A program made the position numbers and the translations under genes. This document shows, in pieces, positions 1-11,691 of a stretch of 64,000 nt of DNA. The notes beneath the pieces were generated by a model. That model had not been told where the DNA came from, did not search any database, and saw only the letters and a program-made list of their open reading frames with translations. This stretch comes from a virus. Within the stretch, counting starts at the first letter, position 1; the number at the start of each line of letters is the position of its first letter. The DNA lies in the IMG/VR virus record IMGVR_UViG_3300026549_000035, positions 96,918-160,917 of that record; one strand, written 5' to 3'.

Positions 1-495
1 TCTTAATTGTTTTATCTTGTTTTTTACATTTTCTATATGTTCTTTTTTAAATATTGCTTTTGAATATGGAATTGGAATATTTTGTAAAGCTTCTTCATTA
101 TAGTTTATTTCATCAACAAGCTTATTATATTCTGCAATTTTTTCTTTCATTATTTCTATAACTCTTGGATCAACATATTCATTATAGCATTTATTTAAAT
201 CAAATTTAGTAATACGATGCATTGTAGATTGTGAAGATACAAACTCAAGAAAACGATAACGCTCTGCTTCTACCCACATTTTATTAGAGCAAGTTAAATC
301 AAAATTAACTCTAATTCCAGTTAAAAACTAGTGATGTGCAGTATTACCAGTTTTAGTGGCATTAACTAATTTGGTTCCACGCTCAATATCTTTTTTTTCT
401 ACTTCACGCATACCAACTTCTGTTCTCATAGGATAACCAGAAGCAATAAGAGATTCTTCTAAATCATAGATTTTTACATTACTAACGATATCCAC
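1..495 (-). CDS. Hypothetical protein, 5' part; the gene's 3' end lies beyond the window start. Likely GTG start after an AGGAG RBS; 1 in-frame TAG.
   Basis: Manual minus-strand translation gives a long protein-like frame (VDIVSNVKIYDLEESLIASGYPMRTEVG...); RBS aggagag 7 nt upstream of the GTG. Confidence 0.35.
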
Positions 496-510
496 ATTAA
501 TCTCTCCTTA

Positions 511-1530
511 TTTTATACTATATCCAAAGTCTTTTGCATGAAAAAATTCCTACCAATAATCTTCTCGCTCATTTAATTTAGAACGTTCACACTCTTCAAC
601 AATTTCAAAAGAAAAATTTTCAACACCAAGAGAATACATAGCAGGATAAAGTTTATTACGTGTCCAGTCTTCTGCGCCAACACCACGTTTACAATGCTAT
701 TTCCAACGCTCGGCTATATTGGCACTTTGCCCTATATAACATTTTCCGCTATCTATATGAGTAATTTTATAAATACCAGTATGAATACCAGTTCCAACTA
801 CTCTACCAATCATATCAGTTAAAGGTTTTTCATAATAGACTTTATAAATTACCTTATTTAAAGGAGTTTTATCTCTTAAATAAGGTAATACTTCACGCAA
901 ACGTTTTATCTCAGCAATATCTTCATCAGTTAATATTAAACGATAAAAATCTTGTTGATTTTCTATCTCTTGGCGTCGTTTAGCCGCTTCAACAGCTACA
1001 TTAACATTTTTTCGTTCTTGCTCTAAAATAGTCTGAACTTGTGCTAATTCTTGTTGTTTAGAATTAATTTCTTTCTAAAATTCTAAAACACACTCTTGAG
1101 CTGTTTCAAGATAAATCTATTTTGTCTATTCTCTATCTTGTTCAAGAGCAATACTAATATTTTCAACCTCTTGGTCAAATGAAATTTGTGCGGCTTGGCG
1201 CGCAGCCTCGTAGAACTTTTCAGCTGCTTGCGCAGACTATTTTTCTAAATCATCGAGGCTGTTTTTAACTTCATCTCTTTTAGCAGAAATTGTATCATAT
1301 TCAGATTGAATATTAGCAACCTATCCCTTTAACTCATCTTCCTTTGTTTTTAAAATCTAATTTTGATAAATTAACTATTTATTGTTTGATTCAATCTGAT
1401 CATTTTCTTGTAAAGTTTTCTAATTCTACTAAATTATATTTTTCATAGTTGGTCTACAGACTAGATATATTATAAGTCCACCTAATCCAAGACCAAAAAT
1501 AAATAATAAAAGTATTAAAAATATTGTCAT
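511..1530 (-). CDS. Membrane-anchored coiled-coil protein with a C-terminal GIY-YIG (T5orf172-like) nuclease domain; about 12 in-frame TAG codons.
   Basis: N-terminal hydrophobic helix (MTIFLILLLFIFGLGLGGLII), a Q/E/K-rich coiled coil, and a C-terminal GIYKITHIDSGKCYIGQS...EDYWQEF motif. The track ORF 697..900 is its GIY-YIG piece. A terminator hairpin precedes the ATG. Confidence 0.55.
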
Positions 1531-1580
1531 AATACAAAAAAAGTGGGATGGAAATTAATCCATCCCACGCATATACTTAA

Positions 1581-1847
1581 TTATTCAGCGTCAGCATCGG
1601 GATCAAATGCCATACCAGCGTCTGTCAAAGAAAGGAACTTAACTGCCTTATGGGTACCATCCTCAAGCTCGATTTCAGCAGGAGTACGAACACCAAGACC
1701 TTTTCTTTGAATAGCAGAAGTAAAGATGCCATCAACAGAGCGCTTCTCAAGACCGAGAGCCTCAGCAACATCAGCAGCGGTAACATCTTGACCGTTAATA
1801 GTCTTTAAATAATTGAGTACTTTCTTAGAATTTTCTTTCATAGCCAT
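1581..1847 (-). CDS. Hypothetical 88-aa protein; noticeably GC-richer than its surroundings.
   Basis: Intact ORF with start and stop; a hairpin plus T-run terminator lies downstream at 1536-1575. Confidence 0.5.
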   Translation of the reverse strand: MAMKENSKKVLNYLKTINGQDVTAADVAEALGLEKRSVDGIFTSAIQRKGLGVRTPAEIELEDGTHKAVKFLSLTDAGMAFDPDADAE

Positions 1848-1939
1848 AATAATTTTTCTCCTTATAAATAATATTTTTTTCTTTTTTGGTAATTATTTTT
1901 TTTTACCTGTAAAAATTATATCAAAAAATTTTTTTTAAG

Positions 1940-2147
1940 TCAAGATTCAAGCTCCTGTTGAATAAGCTCATCTAATAGAAACATATCCTCTGGATCACTG
2001 ATTTTTGAACTTAAATTATAAATTTTTCTCTAAGCTTTAGTTACTTTTTCTTGATTTTCATTAGCTTGAATTACTTTTTCTAAATCAGCTATTCTTTTAG
2101 CTAACTTTCGTAATTCTCGTTTAGTCATTAACATTTAAAATTTTCAT
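1940..2147 (-). CDS. Small hypothetical protein with 2 in-frame TAG.
   Basis: Manual translation MKILNVNDQTRELRKLAKRIADLEKV...; RBS aagga upstream. Confidence 0.3.
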
Positions 2148-2191
2148 CCTTAATTTTTACAATTTCATTATACGAAATTTTTTTTATTTTG

Positions 2192-3007
2192 TCAACTTAA
2201 TTCTTCTAAAAATTCCGCTTCTGTGATGATAGGAATTCCTATCTTTTTTGCTGCAACACTTTTGACCGAGGTTGAAGCTGAGTCATTATTAATTAAATAA
2301 TTGACATTTTTTGAAATTGCAGAAACAATTTTGCCTCCACGATTTTCAATAAATTTTTGTAATTCGGCTCTGTTCTTGAATTGCTTTACAGTTCCAGTAA
2401 TTACATATTTTCTATCTTTTAATGGCAATTCATTTTCTTCTTTTTCCACTTTCTAAATAGTTAAAAATTTCTCTACTAAATTATCTGCTTCAGTATAATC
2501 AAAATTTAAAATAGCTTTTGATTTTTCTTCAGCAAATCCATAAAGAGTTGTAAAATCAAATCCTTCTTTAACAGCATTTCGAAAATCTTCATATGTAGAA
2601 AAATACTTGGTTATTTCTTTTGCAACATTTCTACCTATAAGAGGAATTCCAAGCGCAGATAAAAAAGCCTCTAAGCTACATTCCTAACTATCTTTAATTG
2701 ATTGTAAAATATTATCTACTGATTTTTTCCCAAAACCTGGTTTAACAATCCATTCTTCTTTATGTTGACTTAAAGAATAAAGATCAATAATATTATTTAC
2801 CCAATTCCATTCCATTAATTTTTCTAAAGTGGCTAAAGATAAACCTTTAATGTCTAATCCTTTTTTGCTACAGAAATGATTTAGACGATTAATAAATTTA
2901 CCACTACAATCTTGATTTGGACAATATAATTGATTAGAAGAATTTATAATAGTTTTTTCTCCACACACTGGACACACTTTTGGAATTTCAAAATAAATAT
3001 ATTTCAT
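2192..3007 (-). CDS. ligA: NAD-dependent DNA ligase, C-terminal fragment (Zn-finger, HhH, BRCT); at least 3 in-frame TAG read as sense.
   Basis: CPVCGEKTI...CPNQDC zinc finger; a BRCT-like VITGTVKQFKNRAELQKFIENRGGKIV segment; own RBS ggagat; start overlaps the HNH stop as ATGA. Confidence 0.7.
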
Positions 3008-3696
3008 TTTTTATCTCCATAATTCTTTAGTATTTTTTTCATATGATTTATCCAAAAATCTATAGAATAATCTAATTTCATTTTATTACAAAACTCACAA
3101 CATGATACGCAATTTTCAAAAAAATATCCTTCTTTGGAATTTACTCTATCAATACCCCGAGAATTCTAAGAAATATCTCCACAATAATAGCAAGGCTATT
3201 TAATAATAGCATAAAATTCGTCTTTAGTTAATTTAAAAGATAAATTACGCCTTTTAGCATTTTTTTTATAATAGGCATATTTATTTTCTTTTATATTGTA
3301 ATCATTACATTTCTTACACTTGTTGGTATAACCATCTAACTAAGCAGAATTTTTCCAAAAATTAATAATTGGTAACATTTGTTTACAACTATAACATCTT
3401 TTATGAGTAATATTTCCATCTGAATCAATCAATCGAAATTGAGAAGATTTTTTTCTAATTGTTTCTAATCGTGAACATCCACAATTGGTTGAAGTTCCAT
3501 TTTTTAATGTTCTTGCTGAAACCGCTTTTACAGTATGATTTTTACAATCACACTAACAAACCCATTTAGGTTTATTTCCATTATCATTTATAGTTCTATA
3601 TAAAACAGTCCATTTTCCAAATTTTTTACCAGTTAAATTTTCTGCTCTTCCTACAGATTTTTCTGGAAACTCTTTTTTTATAATGTCTAAATCCAT
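3004..3696 (-). CDS. HNH homing endonuclease inserted between the two halves of ligA; 4 in-frame TAG.
   Basis: Manual translation MDLDIIKKEFPEKSVGRAENLTGKKFGKWTVL...WVC-TAG-CDCKNH...PCYYCGDIS-TAG-NSRGIDRVNSKEGYFFENCVSCCEFCN shows the zinc-ribbon module plus an HNH motif. Confidence 0.6.
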
Positions 3697-4841
3697 TGTC
3701 CATTTTCATCCTTCGCTTTAGTTATTTGAGGAATTATTTGATTTTTCTTTGTTACATAAATTATTTGTCCTTTAAATGGACGTTCACCTAATAATTCTTT
3801 CATAATTTTTAAATTATGAAGTGATGCACGAGAAATTTCACTTCCATCTATATCTAAAGGTTCAAATATAGCAATTGGACAAATTTGACCAGTTCTACCC
3901 ATGCTCCATTCGATATCTTGTAATTTTGTCTCATAAGCTTCATCATAAAACTTATAAGCTATTGCATTTTTAAAATGGTGAGAAGTTTCTCCCAAACTTT
4001 TACCATATGCAATATCATTAAATTTAAAGACTATTCCATCTATTGGAATAGATTCTTCATAAGAAAGACTGGTTATTATTTGAACAACCTCTTCTAAATC
4101 TCGTTCTGGAGTTACACTATCACAGGGAACAATTTTAAATCCTAAATCAGAAAGTTTATAAAGTTTATTGAAAAAACTATTACTAGCACTATCTTCAAAA
4201 CCTTTTATAACTTCCCACGCTATAAAAGTTAATTTTCTTTTTTCACATTCTTTAGAATCTAATAATCTAATACTACCTGCCGCAAAATTACGAGAATTTT
4301 TATATTCTTTCTTAAAATCCTAAAAGTCTTTTGTTAAACAGACTATTTCACCATCAACAACAAGTTCTTTTTCATAATTTATTCTGTGTGGAATAGAAGG
4401 GATTACTAACGCATTATGTAAAATATCTTCTCCAATAATGCCATCCCCTCTAGTCTCAGCAGAAACTAATTTGCCATTTATATATCTTAACGAACAAGTT
4501 AACCCATCAACTTTTGCCATAGCTACCATTCGTCGATTATTAGAAAACGCAACCACACTATCAAGACTCTTGGTTTTTTCAAGAGAAAGCATTTTGTGAT
4601 TATGTTTTACTTTATCAAGTTGATTAACAACTTGATAGTTAACTTTTCGAGTGGGAGAATCTTCATAAGCAAAATCCATTGTAGTTTCAAAGTCTAAAAG
4701 AGTGAAATACATATCATCCCATTTTTTGTCACTTACTTCTGGATTTCCTTCATCATATTTTTTTGTCCAATAATTCAACTTATCTGTCATATAACGCATT
4801 TTTTCAAAAGTTGAATCACCCATATATGAAGTATCTATCAT
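3678..4841 (-). CDS. ligA: NAD-dependent DNA ligase, N-terminal fragment (adenylation plus OB domains); 2 in-frame TAG. Ends at TAA 3678-3680.
   Basis: AKVDG (the KxDG adenylation lysine), TRGDGIIGEDI, and the OB-fold tail. Track ORFs 4320..4841 and 3687..3995 lie in the same frame joined by TAG. Confidence 0.7.
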
Positions 4842-4892
4842 TTGAAATAATCTCCTTAATTATTATACTAAAAAATTTTTTCATTGTCAAAC

Positions 4893-5132
4893 CTATTCTT
4901 CTTTAGGTTCATCTTCTTCATCTTTCTTCTCTGGAGGAACTAATTCAGTAATTAATTTTGCTAAAACATTATATTTATCTGTTTTGCCAGTATGATATCT
5001 CTTATAGGTTCGAAAAAATTCTTCTTTAGTATCAGGATTATTGGCGATAATTTTACCGCCAATTAATCCATTTTTATTAGAAGGTTCATCAAAAAATTGA
5101 TATTCTCCAACAGAAATCAATAAATTTTTCAT
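4893..5132 (-). CDS. Hypothetical acidic 79-aa protein.
   Basis: Intact ORF; its ATG overlaps the gyrA TGA stop. Confidence 0.4.
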   Translation of the reverse strand: MKNLLISVGEYQFFDEPSNKNGLIGGKIIANNPDTKEEFFRTYKRYHTGKTDKYNVLAKLITELVPPEKKDEEDEPKEE

Positions 5133-7246
5133 ACTTTGCTTACCCCCGTAACAACATTTCCTTTTATAACAATATTTCCCATAGTAGTTTTAGAAGCTGT
5201 TTCTGGTGGTAAATCTTCAGCTTTTACACAAAGAGAACTCTTATCTCCACAAACTAAAATTATATCTCCATCTGAAACTAAGCAAGCTCCCGCAGTATCT
5301 GCATCTTTAGCATATATTGTTCCTCGTCCATTTCTAGCTTGAACTGGAAATGCAGACAATTTAACTCTACGTGCCAACCCACTTCTAGAGAAAAATGCAA
5401 TTGAATCATTAATATCACGAATTGGTAAAGCCGCAATAACTTCATCATCATCGTGAAGATTAATACCTTTATATCCCATAGTTACTCTTCCAGAAGCAGG
5501 GAAATCTAACCCCTTACATCTAATGGCATATCCATTTTTAGATAAAATAATAATATTTTCTTCATTTGCTAAAAAGACCGAAGCAATACTATCTCCTTCA
5601 TGAAGATTTAAAGCTTTTATACCGCCCTTTTTCTTAGTTCCAACATATTCCTCTAAAGAACTTCTTTTTACATATCCGTTTTTAGTTACAAATATTACAT
5701 ATTTAGCATCTGTATCTCTATAGATTGAGTAAATAACTTCAGGTCTTTCTCCTTGTTCCATAGAAACTAATGCTCTAACAGGAGTTCCTTTAGATGTATT
5801 AGTTCCTTCTGGAATATCATCAACAATTAATCGATACATATTTCCTTTATTTGTAAATATCATTAAACTATCTACTGTATTTGTTCGAAGAACCATTGAA
5901 GTAATATCATCTTGCGTTTTTATTCCTTTTCCACCGCGTCTCTGAGTTCTGAAAGACGTTGACTTAATTCTTTTAATGCTACCCCCGTCCGTGAGGACCA
6001 CAACACATTTTTCTGGTGGTATGGCAGCAATCTTTTTCTCCTCATTGTCTTTTGGCTCGGCAAGTTGTGTCAACTCCGTTCTTCTATCATCACCATATTT
6101 ATCTACAATATTTTGAAGTCTTTTTTTCAATTCATCTAATGGATTTGTTAAAATCGCATTAAAGTGTTTAATTTGTTCTTTCAACCCTTGAATTTCTTCA
6201 TTTAATTCAATCTTTTCAAGGTTTGCTAATTTACCAAGCTTCATATCTGTAATGGCTTGAGATTGCGCTTCAGAGAATTTATATTTCGCGCAAAGTTCTT
6301 GACGAGCGGCTGCCGCAGACTTTGATTGTTTAATTAACGCAATAATATTATCTATATCTTCTAATGCTTTTAATAAACCTTCATTAATTTCAAGCTTTGC
6401 TTTAGTTTTATTTAAATCATATTCAGTTTCTCTGCGGATACATTCATTGTTATGTTCAACGTAAATTTTACAACAATCTTTTAAATTTAATTCAGTAGGA
6501 GTTTTACCGACCAATCCAACCATATTATAAGAAAAAGATGTTTGTAAATCAGTATTTTTAAATAATTGAAAAATAGTTTTATTTAGATTAGCATCTTTTT
6601 CACATTCAAGGACTAATCTAAATCCTTTTTTACGAGTACTTTCATTTCGGATATGTTTAATTCCACTTACATCCCCAGCATCACAGGCTTTTCCAATTTG
6701 TTCCATAAGAGATTCAGTTCCTACACCATATGGAATTTCATAAAATATAATATTATTTCCTTCAATATCATATTTACCACGAAGCTTAATACTACCATGA
6801 CCAGTACGCATAATAGTTGGAATAATATCTTTATTAATAATCAATCCACCTGTTGGAAAATCAGGACCAGGTAACATAGGTTCTTTACCATCTATATAAT
6901 CAAAAATAGCTTGCGCTACTTCTCTAAGATTATGTGGTGCCCAATTACAAGCCATAGCAACGCCTATGCCTGCGTTTGGATTACATAATAAGTTAGGAAA
7001 ATAAGAAGGTAAAGTCACTGGCTCATCTTTAGTTTCAGAATAATTAGGAACAGTATCTACTACTCCTTTTTTCATTCCTACCAACATACCATCTTCTACT
7101 AAACGACTTAATCTTGCTTCAGTATAACGATAAGCCGCAGGACCATCACCATCTCGATTTCCTTTAGAACCATGAAAATCAATTAAAGGATAGCGCATTA
7201 CCCATTCTTGTGAAAGTCTAACTAAAGTTCCATAAATAGAACTATC
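5129..7246 (-). CDS. gyrA: DNA gyrase/topoisomerase II A subunit, exon 2 (ends at TGA).
   Basis: GyrA-like: AAYRYTEARL; a beta-pinwheel C-terminal domain; a 706-aa uninterrupted frame with no TAG. Confidence 0.8.
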   Translation of the reverse strand, partial: DSSIYGTLVRLSQEWVMRYPLIDFHGSKGNRDGDGPAAYRYTEARLSRLVEDGMLVGMKKGVVDTVPNYSETKDEPVTLPSYFPNLLCNPNAGIGVAMACNWAPHNLREVAQAIFDYIDGKEPMLPGPDFPTGGLIINKDIIPTIMRTGHGSIKLRGKYDIEGNNIIFYEIPYGVGTESLMEQIGKACDAGDVSGIKHIRNESTRKKGFRLVLECEKDANLNKTIFQLFKNTDLQTSFSYNMVGLVGKTPTELNLKDCCKIYVEHNNECIRRETEYDLNKTKAKLEINEGLLKALEDIDNIIALIKQSKSAAAARQELCAKYKFSEAQSQAITDMKLGKLANLEKIELNEEIQGLKEQIKHFNAILTNPLDELKKRLQNIVDKYGDDRRTELTQLAEPKDNEEKKIAAIPPEKCVVVLTDGGSIKRIKSTSFRTQRRGGKGIKTQDDITSMVLRTNTVDSLMIFTNKGNMYRLIVDDIPEGTNTSKGTPVRALVSMEQGERPEVIYSIYRDTDAKYVIFVTKNGYVKRSSLEEYVGTKKKGGIKALNLHEGDSIASVFLANEENIIILSKNGYAIRCKGLDFPASGRVTMGYKGINLHDDDEVIAALPIRDINDSIAFFSRSGLARRVKLSAFPVQARNGRGTIYAKDADTAGACLVSDGDIILVCGDKSSLCVKAEDLPPETASKTTMGNIVIKGNVVTGVSKV

Positions 7247-8158
7247 CATTTTTTTGTTATCGTAAAAGTTTTTTATCTTTTACTTCTTATACTTTTATTT
7301 GTATAAGTTCAGCATATCTTTTTAATTTGGTTTGCTAATTCCATTTTTCTATCTAATGCAACATCATTATCTTGATATAAATGAGATATTATTTTTGGAA
7401 TAGCATCTTTTGTAGAACGATATTCAATTTTAAAAGTATTATAATGAGAATATATTTTTAAAGGTTTAATATTTAATTGTTCTTGAAAATAATTCTATAC
7501 AAAAGATAAACATTCAAAAGAACCTACTAAACCAATTCCATTTAAGTTTTCTCTAATAAATCCATCTCCATCCCATAAACCTCTAATAAAATCTCTATAA
7601 TAAATTTTATCTATGGGTGGAATATGCTCTTTTCCACTTTTAGATTGTTCTACATTTAATTTTATCAAGGCATTTTTTATTTCTATTGAATATGTTGATA
7701 CATACCACTGAATATTTCCAGTTGTATTATGAATTTCACTTTTTAGCATAGTTAAATCTCCACCTAAAAAATTAATAAATTTTTCTAAATGATGCTTATC
7801 TTTATTTCCAAGTTTAATTCGCAACATTCTTCTGTCTATATTCAAATATCCATCTGCGATAATAAAACCTAACCAATAAGCTTTTTCCGCAGAATCTATA
7901 GTATCAAAAATATGCCTATTATATTCTTTCATGATAATTCCTCCAATATTAATATGGATGTTTTTACATCCTCACTAATACTGGAAATTATTATAAATAT
8001 TTTTAAAATTTTTGACCAAATTATCGCGGCCTCGTGGGTAGATTATATCTTTTCACTACCTATGCGTTGCCCCTGACTATACTTTGTATAGCCTTCGGTT
8101 CGGGTTAACATTTCAGCTTTCCCGCTTAATTCCGCGATTTACCCACGGCAACAGTTCT
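7247..8158 (-). mobile_element. Group I intron in gyrA, carrying a LAGLIDADG homing endonuclease.
   Basis: Exon 1 ends ...NWHPHG after a U; the intron ends in G (...atg) directly before DSSIYGTLVRL. A TAA stop follows the exon-1 read-through; flanks of roughly 60 and 225 nt are left for the RNA core. Confidence 0.6.
7309..7932 (-). CDS. LAGLIDADG homing endonuclease (two motifs), intron-encoded; 1 in-frame TAG.
   Basis: YWLGFIIADGYL and RGLWDGDGFI. The track ORF 7495..7932 continues through TAG to TGA at 7309. Confidence 0.7.
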
Positions 8159-8407
8159 ACCGTGCGGATGCCAGTTTGCCATAGTATTACCAACAATATT
8201 AGCGCATTTGACATGAGGTTTTTTAGAACTAAAGCCTTCATCATATGCGTCATAGAGAATTCTTTTTGCTACTGGTTTTAAACCAGTTTTTGCATCTGGA
8301 ATAGAACGGTCAGTATTAACAGCAACCGCATATTCTATAAAATTTGTTCCAAGTTCATCAACTAAATCAGTTAAAATCTCATTCGGCATTATAAGTTGCC
8401 TCCTCAC
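8159..8407 (-). CDS. gyrA: Gyrase A subunit, exon 1.
   Basis: IPDAKTGLKPVAKRILY...KKPHVKCANIVGNTMANWHPHG, the conserved GyrA N-terminus. Confidence 0.75.
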
Positions 8408-9020
8408 TATGTTCTTTAATGTATATCTTTCTTGGGGTAACCGCAGTTCCCATTAAATTATCAAATAGCTTTTTAGCAGCAGTTGCATCACTAATTGTAA
8501 CCTGCTTAATAATTCTCTGTTCTGGATCAGCTAATGTTTCTTCTGTTTCATCAACATCTAATTCTCCTAATCCTTTAAATCTATTCACAACATATTTTTT
8601 ACCGAAATTTTCTTTTCTATATTTATCTAATGCAATATCATCTTTAAGATATTGATAACCTTTTGAAGTAGTTATTTTATAGAGCGGAGGAACGCCCGCA
8701 TAGATAAAGCCATCTTCAATTAATTGTGGGCAGAAACTCCAAATAAAAGTGTAAAATAGATTTTTGATATGCGCTCCATCAGAATCAGCATCACTCATAA
8801 TAATAATTTTTCCATATCTTATTTTATCTTTATCATAAACAACTTTCATTGTCTTTAAATCAATATCTAATCCAAAAGCGTCAATCATAGTCATAATTTC
8901 AGCGTTCTTTTGAATTTTATCAACGGTTGCTTTATAACAATTTAGTATTTTTCCTCTTACTGGAAGAACTGCTTGATATTCATTATTACGTGCTTGTTTT
9001 AGGTTACCTGAAGCACTATC
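8379..9020 (-). CDS. gyrB: Gyrase B subunit, exon 2 (Toprim and C-terminus).
   Basis: DSASGNLKQARNNEYQAVLPVRGKILN...IIIMSDADSDGAHI...RFKGLGE. Confidence 0.75.
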   Translation of the reverse strand, partial: DSASGNLKQARNNEYQAVLPVRGKILNCYKATVDKIQKNAEIMTMIDAFGLDIDLKTMKVVYDKDKIRYGKIIIMSDADSDGAHIKNLFYTFIWSFCPQLIEDGFIYAGVPPLYKITTSKGYQYLKDDIALDKYRKENFGKKYVVNRFKGLGELDVDETEETLADPEQRIIKQVTISDATAAKKLFDNLMGTAVTPRKIYIKEHSEEATYNAE

Positions 9021-10126
9021 CGTGTTTATCTTATATTTCTATAAGCACTGACTAACTCTTCACTCCGGTTTGTCAAGCCATCATCGTGTCCTCTATTTCC
9101 AATCACGTATCAATAGTAATTGTACTCTCCGTCTCACCGGAGATAGTCGATACAGCTTATTTTATATCTTTATAGGTTTTTCTCGTTATGGCATTATATA
9201 CGGTGCTCCAGGCTCTATCTGGAGCATATTTTTGCCAAATCTATTTAGGACTAATACCATTATCATAATCATATCTCATTTGTTTTACTTGTTCTTCGGT
9301 AAAACATTTTTTATTATTTGCGGCTACCTCAGAAGAATTTGCCTTTGCATTATGAGAATGCCAGTATTTATTTTCTTCAGTATGATACTCTGGATAAATA
9401 TTTTTCCAAGTATCAAACCACCAAACCTTCTAAAGACCTCTTTTTGAAATTTTATCTTTGTATTCTTCATAAACTATTTTGAATGGAATATGAGCATTAT
9501 AACATTCTCTAATATATCTTACATCTTCCTCATTCAATAATGCTCGACCATTTTTTGAACCAATCTAACTCCTATTTGGATTTTCATCTCCACCTGGAGT
9601 AGCATTATATCCATTGGTATAAGAATTATAATAATTTATAAAGAATTTTTCCATCTAATCAAGAAGTTCTTTAGAATATTCTTCTGGAGATAATGTTGCG
9701 ATAATTTCATAATTAAAATTATCAAAACCATATTTTCTTACTGCTTGATGAAATTGACTATTATAGTCATTTGCTTTATCATTATAAACAGAAGATTTAT
9801 GATTATATTGACGTCTTTCTATATCAATACTCTATCCAATATAACATTTATGATTTATTTTATTTTCATATTTATAAATTCCTATCATATCACTCTCTCC
9901 CTTCATTAAGATATAAAGGAGATACTGATACGATTTACTGGTTTTGTCCTAAAGATATAAAATCTTGCCACGGGATTGCCTTCGCCTAAACATATTTTGA
10001 CATATATGTATAACGGTAAGGTTTCCCCGTTAGCCTGCGGTTTATCAAAAATTCCTAGGAATTTTTCTTTTTCCACAAACCCCGCTGATAAAGCGGTAAA
10101 AAGGATTAGGGCAATAGTTTTCACTT
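9021..10126 (-). mobile_element. Group I intron in gyrB, carrying a GIY-YIG homing endonuclease.
   Basis: Exon 1 ends ...YITEG then a TGA read-through. Exon 2 starts exactly at the DSA of the universally conserved EGDSAGG motif, and the intron ends in G. Confidence 0.6.
9161..9905 (-). CDS. GIY-YIG homing endonuclease (intron-encoded); 4 in-frame TAG.
   Basis: GIYKYENKINHKCYIG-TAG-SIDIERR; the TAG falls at the invariant Gln of the YIGQS motif. Confidence 0.7.
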
Positions 10127-11398
10127 ACCCTCAGTTATATATATTTCACATTTTTTACGATCTTTACTAAAACAATCTGCCAGTTTAGAATCAAATTTTA
10201 ATGCTTTTTCTTTTTTATTTTGTTTCTCACGAATTGCATCTCTAGCTTTTGCTGCCGCTTCGCGAGCCTTTTTAGCCATTTTTGCTTTATCTGCGATTAT
10301 CTTAATATCTTTTTCATTTGCTGCCAACCATATACGAAGCTCTTCTGCAATTGCCGCTGTATATGGTGTCATTTCAAGTTTAGTAATACGAGTTTTTACC
10401 TGAGCATCATATGCAACATTTGGCGCAGTGATATTAAATACAATATACAATCCTTCTTGGATATCATCACCAGAAAGATTTCCATCACTATCTTTTAACC
10501 ATTTTTTCTCTTTAAAAAATCTATTAAATTCTCTTGTTAAAAGAGCTTTAATCTGAGTAATATGAGGTCCAACAGAAGTTAAACCTGTATTAACATATGG
10601 AACCATTGTCATTGAATAATTAGATGTATAAGTCATAACCATATCAATTTTATTTTTACCATTTTGATAATTTAAATTAAAACGATTATCATATCCAATT
10701 AATTCTTTATTTGCAACAGCGTCATCTACTAAATCATTTAATCCTTTTTCTGAAAAATAAGTTGTTTTTTCGCCAGAATTATTTAATTCAATAGTTAGAC
10801 CTGGGCAAAGACAAGCGATAGTTTTAAAAAGATTTTTTACTTCTTGAATATTTACTTTTGGATTAGTAAAAAATTCTTCACTTGGTTGCCACTGAACTAA
10901 AGTTCCAGTAGTATTATTTTCCCAAGCTCCAGATTCTCTTTTCTAAAAAACTCCTTCTTTAAACCATAAATGCTCATATTGTCCATCTCGATAAGTAATT
11001 ACTTCAAGCCAATGACTTAAAAAGGTTGTAATTTTACTACCAATACCAAAAGAACCTAAAGAAGTTCCTTCATAGGTTCCATCTTCACGATATTTTCCTG
11101 ATGTATTTAATACGCTAAAAGCAGCTTCAAGAATTGTTTTTCCATCATCTCGAAAGCTATTTGGAATAAAACCTTGTCCATTATCTTCTACGATACAAAC
11201 TTTATCAGCAATATCTATTTTAATTTTATTACCATGTCCTAGTCTAAATTCATCTACAGCATTAGAAAATATTTCTACTAATAACTATGTAGAATAAGTG
11301 GTATCTCCTGCGTAGACCCCTGGTCTAAGACGAGTAAACTCTAGAGGTGAAAGAGATTCGATACTTTCTTCATTATATAAAGTTTTATCTTGTATCAT
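10127..11398 (-). CDS. gyrB: Gyrase B subunit, exon 1 (ATPase and transducer); at least 1 in-frame TAG.
   Basis: MIQDKTLYNEESIESLSPLEFTRLRPGVYAGD...EIFSNAVDE...LADCFSKDRKKCEIYITEG. Confidence 0.7.
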
Positions 11399-11449
11399 TT
11401 TATTTCTCCTTTAATATTCATTATTTTCTATTTTTAAATCTATTTCTTC

Positions 11450-11635
11450 CTAATTAATAACCATTCCTTCAGTATATGCTAATCCTAATATTTCACATTC
11501 TTTAAATTCATTTTGTATAACTTTCATATATCGACATACTTTATCAGATGGAAAAACTGAATTACCATCTGATTTAAAAGGCTCTTTAATTAAAATAACA
11601 TTATTAGGATAAAAAATAGTTTCTAAGCTTTTCAT
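11450..11635 (-). CDS. Hypothetical 61-aa protein.
   Basis: ORF with an RBS. Confidence 0.35.
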   Translation of the reverse strand: MKSLETIFYPNNVILIKEPFKSDGNSVFPSDKVCRYMKVIQNEFKECEILGLAYTEGMVIN

Positions 11636-11691
11636 TTTTTTCTCCTTGTTTTTATATTTATATTATAACATTTTTTTATATTAAATGCAAG

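Noticed and set aside
5129-5131. TGA as a second reassigned codon (Mycoplasma-like code 4).
   Set aside because: Many well-supported genes terminate at TGA with ATGA start overlaps (gyrA, HNH/ligA-C, 21482), so TGA is a stop here. The TGA inside the phosphoesterase leader looks like a local anomaly.
5136-6874. Plus-strand ORFs inside gyrA (5136..5342, 6653..6874) and inside the SPFH gene (18205..18528, 18710..18895).
   Set aside because: They are antisense to strongly supported genes, low-complexity and without RBS, so spurious.
7495-7932. The LAGLIDADG and GIY-YIG elements in gyrA and gyrB as inteins.
   Set aside because: The host frames hit stop codons and change phase across the inserts, and the boundaries fit U|...G group I intron junctions, not in-frame Cys/Ser...Asn intein junctions.
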